A stretch of 64,000 bases of DNA from positions 21,956 through 85,955 of the forward strand of contig DLHS01000016.1 of the NCBI GenBank assembly GCA_002483345.1, given 5' to 3'. Shown here in pieces: positions 59,612 through 64,000 of this stretch. The stretch is from Bacteroidetes bacterium UBA7662 (GTDB taxonomy: Bacteria; Bacteroidota; Bacteroidia; UBA7662). Made by a program: the position numbers and the translations under genes. Each line of letters opens with the position of its first letter. The first letter of the stretch is position 1. The notes below the pieces were generated by a model. That model worked only from the letters and a program-made list of their open reading frames with translations. It was not told where the DNA came from and did no database searches.

Positions 59612-59798
59612 GATTTCGAGAGGCGAGAGGCGAGACTTTTTTGCCGACCCCTGCGGGGTCACAGAGCGGAGATGAGTTATCCCTGCGGGCCACAAGCTGT
59701 GTAAGCGTAAGCGCGGCGCACCCCAGTCTGCAACCCCTCCGGGGTTGCAGAAAAAGTTTCGCCTCTCGCCTCTCGAAATCTCAAAATCTCCCATCTCA
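59601..59798. repeat. Long inverted-repeat element, copy 2 (REPIN/MITE-like)
   Basis: Left arm 59601-59640 is 37/40 identical to copy 1 left arm; right arm 59751-59784; internal hairpins at 59646-59660, 59681-59689 and 59727-59751. Confidence 0.9.
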
Positions 59799-61019
59799 GA
59801 TACTAAGAAGCATCCTGGCAGGATCTTCCAGATATTCCTTGACGCGGAACAGAAAACTGACCGATTCTTTACCGTCGATGATGCGGTGGTCGTAGCTGAG
59901 CGCGATGTACATGACAGGGCGAATGACCACCTCACCCTGCAACGCAATGGGTCGTTCCACGATGTTGTGCATGCCCAGAATAGCCGACTGTGGTGCATTG
60001 ATGATGGGTGTGCTGAGCATAGAGCCAAACACTCCGCCATTGGTGATGGTAAAGGTACCCCCGGTCATTTCCTCAATTGTCAGCGCATTTTCACGGGCCT
60101 TTTTCGCCAGGCGACCAATCTCCGCTTCAATCTCGTGGAGTGACAGGGTCTCGGCATTGCGAATTACCGGTACAACCAGACCACGCGGTGCAGAAACCGC
60201 GATGCTGATGTCACAGAAATCGTTGTAAACAATCTCATCTCCATCAATCATGGCATTTACACCCGGGAATTCCTGTAGCGCCAGGCAGACGGCTCTGGTG
60301 AAAAACGACATAAAGCCGAGATTCACTCCATACTTTTCTTTGAATTTATCCTTGTAACGGCTCCGAAGCTCCATCAGCGGTCCCATATTCACCTCATTGA
60401 AAGTGGTAAGCATGGCTGTTTCGCTTTTTACCGCCACCAAACGCCGGGCAACGGTTTTGCGCAGCTGACTCATACGCTCACGGCGCTGGCCTCTGCTACC
60501 GGCCGCTGCTTTGGGTGTGCTTGCAGGGGCAGGGGCCGGTGCTGCAGGTGCTGCTTTGGGCTGGGCCTGCATAGCATCTTCTTTAGTGATGCGGCCATCT
60601 TTACCGGTACCGGTGACAGCGGTTGCCTCCATTCCTTTTTCAGCCAGTATTTTGGCTGCTGCAGGCGACGGATGTCCGGCAGCATAACTGTCGGTGGTAG
60701 CAGTAGTGGTGGTAGCGGCGGCTGGTGCCGGTGCAGAAGTTTCAGCAGCCGGGGTTGCTGCTGGTGCGGCAGCAGGTGCGGCAGCAGAAGTATCCAGACT
60801 GCATACAACATCGCCGATGGCCAGGGTGGCACCTTCGGGGGCGATGATTTTGAGGATGCCTGCTTGTTCCGCATTGAGTTCCATGGTGGCCTTGTCGGTC
60901 TCCAGTTCACACAATACGTCGTCCATCTTCACATAATCACCATCTTTTTTCAGCCATTTGGCGATCACTACTTCGCTGATCGACTCTCCGAGGGCTGGAA
61001 TTTTGACTTCAATGGCCAT
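59796..61019 (-). CDS. sucB: 2-oxoglutarate dehydrogenase E2 (dihydrolipoyl succinyltransferase)
   Basis: ETDKA lipoyl site, [35 protein letters not shown]. Confidence 0.97.
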   Translation of the reverse strand: MAIEVKIPALGESISEVVIAKWLKKDGDYVKMDDVLCELETDKATMELNAEQAGILKIIAPEGATLAIGDVVCSLDTSAAAPAAAPAATPAAETSAPAPAAATTTTATTDSYAAGHPSPAAAKILAEKGMEATAVTGTGKDGRITKEDAMQAQPKAAPAAPAPAPASTPKAAAGSRGQRRERMSQLRKTVARRLVAVKSETAMLTTFNEVNMGPLMELRSRYKDKFKEKYGVNLGFMSFFTRAVCLALQEFPGVNAMIDGDEIVYNDFCDISIAVSAPRGLVVPVIRNAETLSLHEIEAEIGRLAKKARENALTIEEMTGGTFTITNGGVFGSMLSTPIINAPQSAILGMHNIVERPIALQGEVVIRPVMYIALSYDHRIIDGKESVSFLFRVKEYLEDPARMLLSI

Positions 61020-61031
61020 CTTATCTGCTTA

Positions 61032-63746
61032 TTAAAGGGTAAATGCTTTATTGATGATATCCTGTTGCTCGCGTTCGTGCACCTTGGCATAACCGGTTGC
61101 CGGCGATGCACTGGATTTACGACTGATAAGCTCCAGGTGTTTGTTTTGCTCATAACGGAGCATGTAGGTCCAGGCACCCATGTTTTTGGGTTCTTCCTGT
61201 ACCCAGTAGAAATCGGCTTTGGCATATTTATCATACACCGCCTGCAACTGCTTCTCAGCCATGGGGTAGACCTGCTCAATGCGGACAATGGCAATGTCCC
61301 TGCGTTTTTCCTGCTGCTGACGGGCCAGCAAATCGTAGTACAATTTACCGGTACACAAAAGCACCCGCTTGACCTTCTTCACATCGGCATAGGTATCGTC
61401 GATGATCTCGCGGAAACCACCTTTGGTAAGCTCGTCTACGGATGACACACAAAGCGGATGACGCAACAAGGCTTTGGGCGACATCACAATCAATGGCTTG
61501 CGGAACTCCCAGCTTTGCTGGCGACGCAGCAGGTGGAAGAAGTTGGCCGGCGTCGTGACATTGGCAACCACCATATTCAGTTCGGCAGCCAGTTGCAGAA
61601 AACGCTCGGGACGGGCATTGGAGTGCTCAGGGCCCTGGCCCTCGTAACCGTGTGGCAACAACATAACCAGGCCGCTCATCTTCCGCCATTTTGATTCACC
61701 CGAGCTGATGAACTGGTCGATGATGGTTTGTGCCCCATTGGCAAAATCACCGAACTGGGCCTCCCAGATGGTCAGTACATTGGGGGATGTGATGGAATAA
61801 CCGTATTCAAAACCAAGTACAGCATATTCCGACAGCAAAGAGTTGTAAATGCTGAACCGCCCCTGCTTTTCGCGGACATAATTCAGATTGACGTATAAGT
61901 CATTGGTCTTTTCATCTCTGACAGCGGCATGCCGGTGAGAGAAAGTCCCCCGGATAACATCCTGACCTGTGATACGGATTTTTTTACCTTCGGCGAGCAT
62001 GCTGCCGTACGACAACAACTCACCCATCGACCAGTTGATGGTATTCTTCTGGTACAATTCGGCCCTTTCGTCGAGTACTTTCTGAACTTTTTTGATGGGT
62101 GAAAAGCCTTCCGGAACCTTGGTGAGGGCACTGATAACCTCATCCAGTATTTTTTTGTCGACACCGGTAGCGGGCGATTGTTCGAAATCGTCGTAGGTCG
62201 ATTTACGCATATTTTCCCACTCTTTGTCAAGCGCATGGGGTTTGTACGGAACGGCATTTTGTTTCACCAGGTTCAGCCGATCCTGCAGCAGATTTTTAAA
62301 ATCCTCCTCCATTTGATGCGCTAGTTTTTCATCAATATCTCCTCTGGCGATGAGGGTCTGCTGATATACTTCCCGGGGGTTAGCGTGTTCGTCGATGAGT
62401 TTGTAGAGGGTAGGCTGGGTGAATTTCGGTTCGTCCGACTCGTTGTGGCCGTGCCTGCGGTAGCAAAGCATGTCCACAAAAATATCCTGCTTGAAAAGCT
62501 GACGGAATTCTATCGCAAATTCTATCGCAAAGGTCACTGCCTCTGCATCGTCTCCATTCACGTGCAATACAGGCACATCGATGGCTTTGGCAACAGCCGT
62601 GCAGTAATCAGACGTACGGGCATCATCAAAATCTGTCGTGAAACCGATCTGGTTGTTGATGACAAAATGCAGCGAACCACCGGTATGGAAGCCTTTGAGC
62701 TGCGACATCTGCGCTACCTCTGTCACCACGCCCTGACCAGCCACGGCTGCATCGCCATGTATGAGTACCGGCAGGATGCGGTTGTAATCTTTAGCATACA
62801 ACAGGTCGGCTTTGGCACGTACAAATCCTTCCAATACCGGATCAACAGCCTCCAGGTGAGATGGGTTGGGTACCAGATCCAGCACAACTTTCTTCCCTGC
62901 CAGTGTATCAACCTGCGATGAAAACCCAAGGTGGTATTTAACGTCCCCATCGCCGAACGACAGGTCGGGGTTGGCAATGCCTTCGAACTCGTTGAATATA
63001 TATTCGTAGGTTTTGCCCAGCACATTGGCGAGCACATTCAAACGGCCGCGGTGTGCCATGCCGATGGCGATGGCATCGATGCCGAGTTCTGCCCCTTTCT
63101 GAATCACAGCATCGAGGGCTGGAATGGTATTCTCTCCGCCTTCGAGTGAAAAGCGTTTCTGACCTACATATTTTTTATGAAGAAAACTCTCGAAGGCTAC
63201 TGCTTCGTTGAGTTTACTGAGAATACGTTTTTTCTTTTCTACCGTAAAATTGTAGTGGTAGGCTTCCTTTTCAAACTTATTCTTACACCAGTCGCGGATT
63301 TCGGTATTGCGGATGTGCATATACTCGATACCGATAGAGCGTGTGTAAATGGATTTCAGGCGATCGACAATTTCCTGCAGTGTGCCATTGGGTAAACCTA
63401 TTAATTCACCGGCTGCAAAACGGGTTTTCAGATCAGCCTCTGAGAGGTTGTGAAATTTGAGGTCGGTACCAGGCTGCCGGTCTTTGCGGGGCCGGATCGG
63501 ATTGGTCAGCGACAGCAGGTGTCCGCGGGAACGGTAGGCATGTATCAGGTGTACGACATGAATTTCTTTCTGCATTTGTTCCCCGGAAGCAGGAGGACCG
63601 GCTTCGCCGTGGTGTTGTGCAAACTCAAAGCCTTCAAAAAACTTACGCCAGCCCAGGTCGAGGGCATCGGGGTTTTCCTTGTACAGCTGAAAATAACCGT
63701 CGATCACTACAGGATCGGCATTGGCGATGTAAGAGAATTTATCCAT
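61032..63746 (-). CDS. sucA: 2-oxoglutarate dehydrogenase E1
   Basis: KRFSLEG, GMAHRGRLN, GDVKYHLG, HGDAA, WEAQFGDF, PHGYEGQGPEHS. Confidence 0.97.
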   Translation of the reverse strand: MDKFSYIANADPVVIDGYFQLYKENPDALDLGWRKFFEGFEFAQHHGEAGPPASGEQMQKEIHVVHLIHAYRSRGHLLSLTNPIRPRKDRQPGTDLKFHNLSEADLKTRFAAGELIGLPNGTLQEIVDRLKSIYTRSIGIEYMHIRNTEIRDWCKNKFEKEAYHYNFTVEKKKRILSKLNEAVAFESFLHKKYVGQKRFSLEGGENTIPALDAVIQKGAELGIDAIAIGMAHRGRLNVLANVLGKTYEYIFNEFEGIANPDLSFGDGDVKYHLGFSSQVDTLAGKKVVLDLVPNPSHLEAVDPVLEGFVRAKADLLYAKDYNRILPVLIHGDAAVAGQGVVTEVAQMSQLKGFHTGGSLHFVINNQIGFTTDFDDARTSDYCTAVAKAIDVPVLHVNGDDAEAVTFAIEFAIEFRQLFKQDIFVDMLCYRRHGHNESDEPKFTQPTLYKLIDEHANPREVYQQTLIARGDIDEKLAHQMEEDFKNLLQDRLNLVKQNAVPYKPHALDKEWENMRKSTYDDFEQSPATGVDKKILDEVISALTKVPEGFSPIKKVQKVLDERAELYQKNTINWSMGELLSYGSMLAEGKKIRITGQDVIRGTFSHRHAAVRDEKTNDLYVNLNYVREKQGRFSIYNSLLSEYAVLGFEYGYSITSPNVLTIWEAQFGDFANGAQTIIDQFISSGESKWRKMSGLVMLLPHGYEGQGPEHSNARPERFLQLAAELNMVVANVTTPANFFHLLRRQQSWEFRKPLIVMSPKALLRHPLCVSSVDELTKGGFREIIDDTYADVKKVKRVLLCTGKLYYDLLARQQQEKRRDIAIVRIEQVYPMAEKQLQAVYDKYAKADFYWVQEEPKNMGAWTYMLRYEQNKHLELISRKSSASPATGYAKVHEREQQDIINKAFTL

Positions 63747-63768
63747 TTCGGTCTGATAAGACTGGCGG

Positions 63769-63776
63769 CAAAGTTA
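63769..63776 (-). promoter_or_regulatory. Bacteroidota -7 box TAACTTTG for sucAB
   Basis: Exact TAnnTTTG on minus strand 22 bp upstream of sucA ATG. Confidence 0.6.
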
Positions 63777-64000
63777 AGAAGACTCTACTGCAATCTAGCC
63801 TTTTTAGACTGATATTAAATGCGAAAGGAGGTCTTTAGGGTATTTTTATGTTGCTTATGCAACATATTTTCTCAGAGCGTGGACAGAATGCCTGAAAAGC
63901 ACACAGTCAAAAAGCCCCTGAGCCTTTTAAAATCCTCCTTTTGCTTTAAAATTGCTGGAAGCAGCCGGCACAGCTGAAAACTACATCAGTTTTTTAAGCC

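Noticed and set aside
59564-60143. ORFs 59564-60040(-), 59608-59895(+), 59745-60143(+) and 4935-5243(-) sharing RLSPLEIS / SRLSKS peptides
   Set aside because: Shared peptides are translations of the inverted-repeat arms; the ORFs overlap real genes and have no domain signature
60640-60790. GC-rich quasi-repeats (GCAGCA/GGTGC) and the 257 aa + strand ORF 60672-61445
   Set aside because: This is the Ala/Pro/Thr linker of SucB and its antisense shadow, not a repeat array

Overview
Bacteroidota chromosomal segment (TAnnTTTG promoters, UpxY, XrtF-type exosortase, family-typical genes). About 50 kb is a composite cell-surface glycan region. It holds a + strand GT2/ligase/manC/Wzi-like block (1-8.2 kb), a ligase/gtrA/GT-C/wecA block, and a ~27 kb minus-strand Wzx/Wzy operon (39.8 to 12.6 kb). 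That operon runs wHTH regulator, rfbB, wza-like, wzz, an AT-rich variable cassette with WecE, flippase, polymerase, MBOAT O-acylation, WbuX/HisH/HisF amidination and Wbp-like genes, then a pglC-pglD-xrtF-partner-pglE-pglF tail. A second Wbp set, ugd, uxs, a stand-alone upxY and waaA follow. The last 13 kb is housekeeping (tdk, lpdA, sucB, sucA) interrupted by a soluble sensor kinase, a REC-AraC regulator and a DASS transporter. Non-coding highlights: two copies of a nested-hairpin element with near-identical ~40 bp inverted arms but different cores (5.2 kb and 59.6 kb), a 16 bp inverted repeat bracketing the putative upxY promoter, a palindromic operator ahead of the big operon, a REP-like doublet, and a G9 tract in hisF2. 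No rRNA, tRNA, CRISPR array or transposase was recognised. All calls come from motif recognition by eye, with no database searches.
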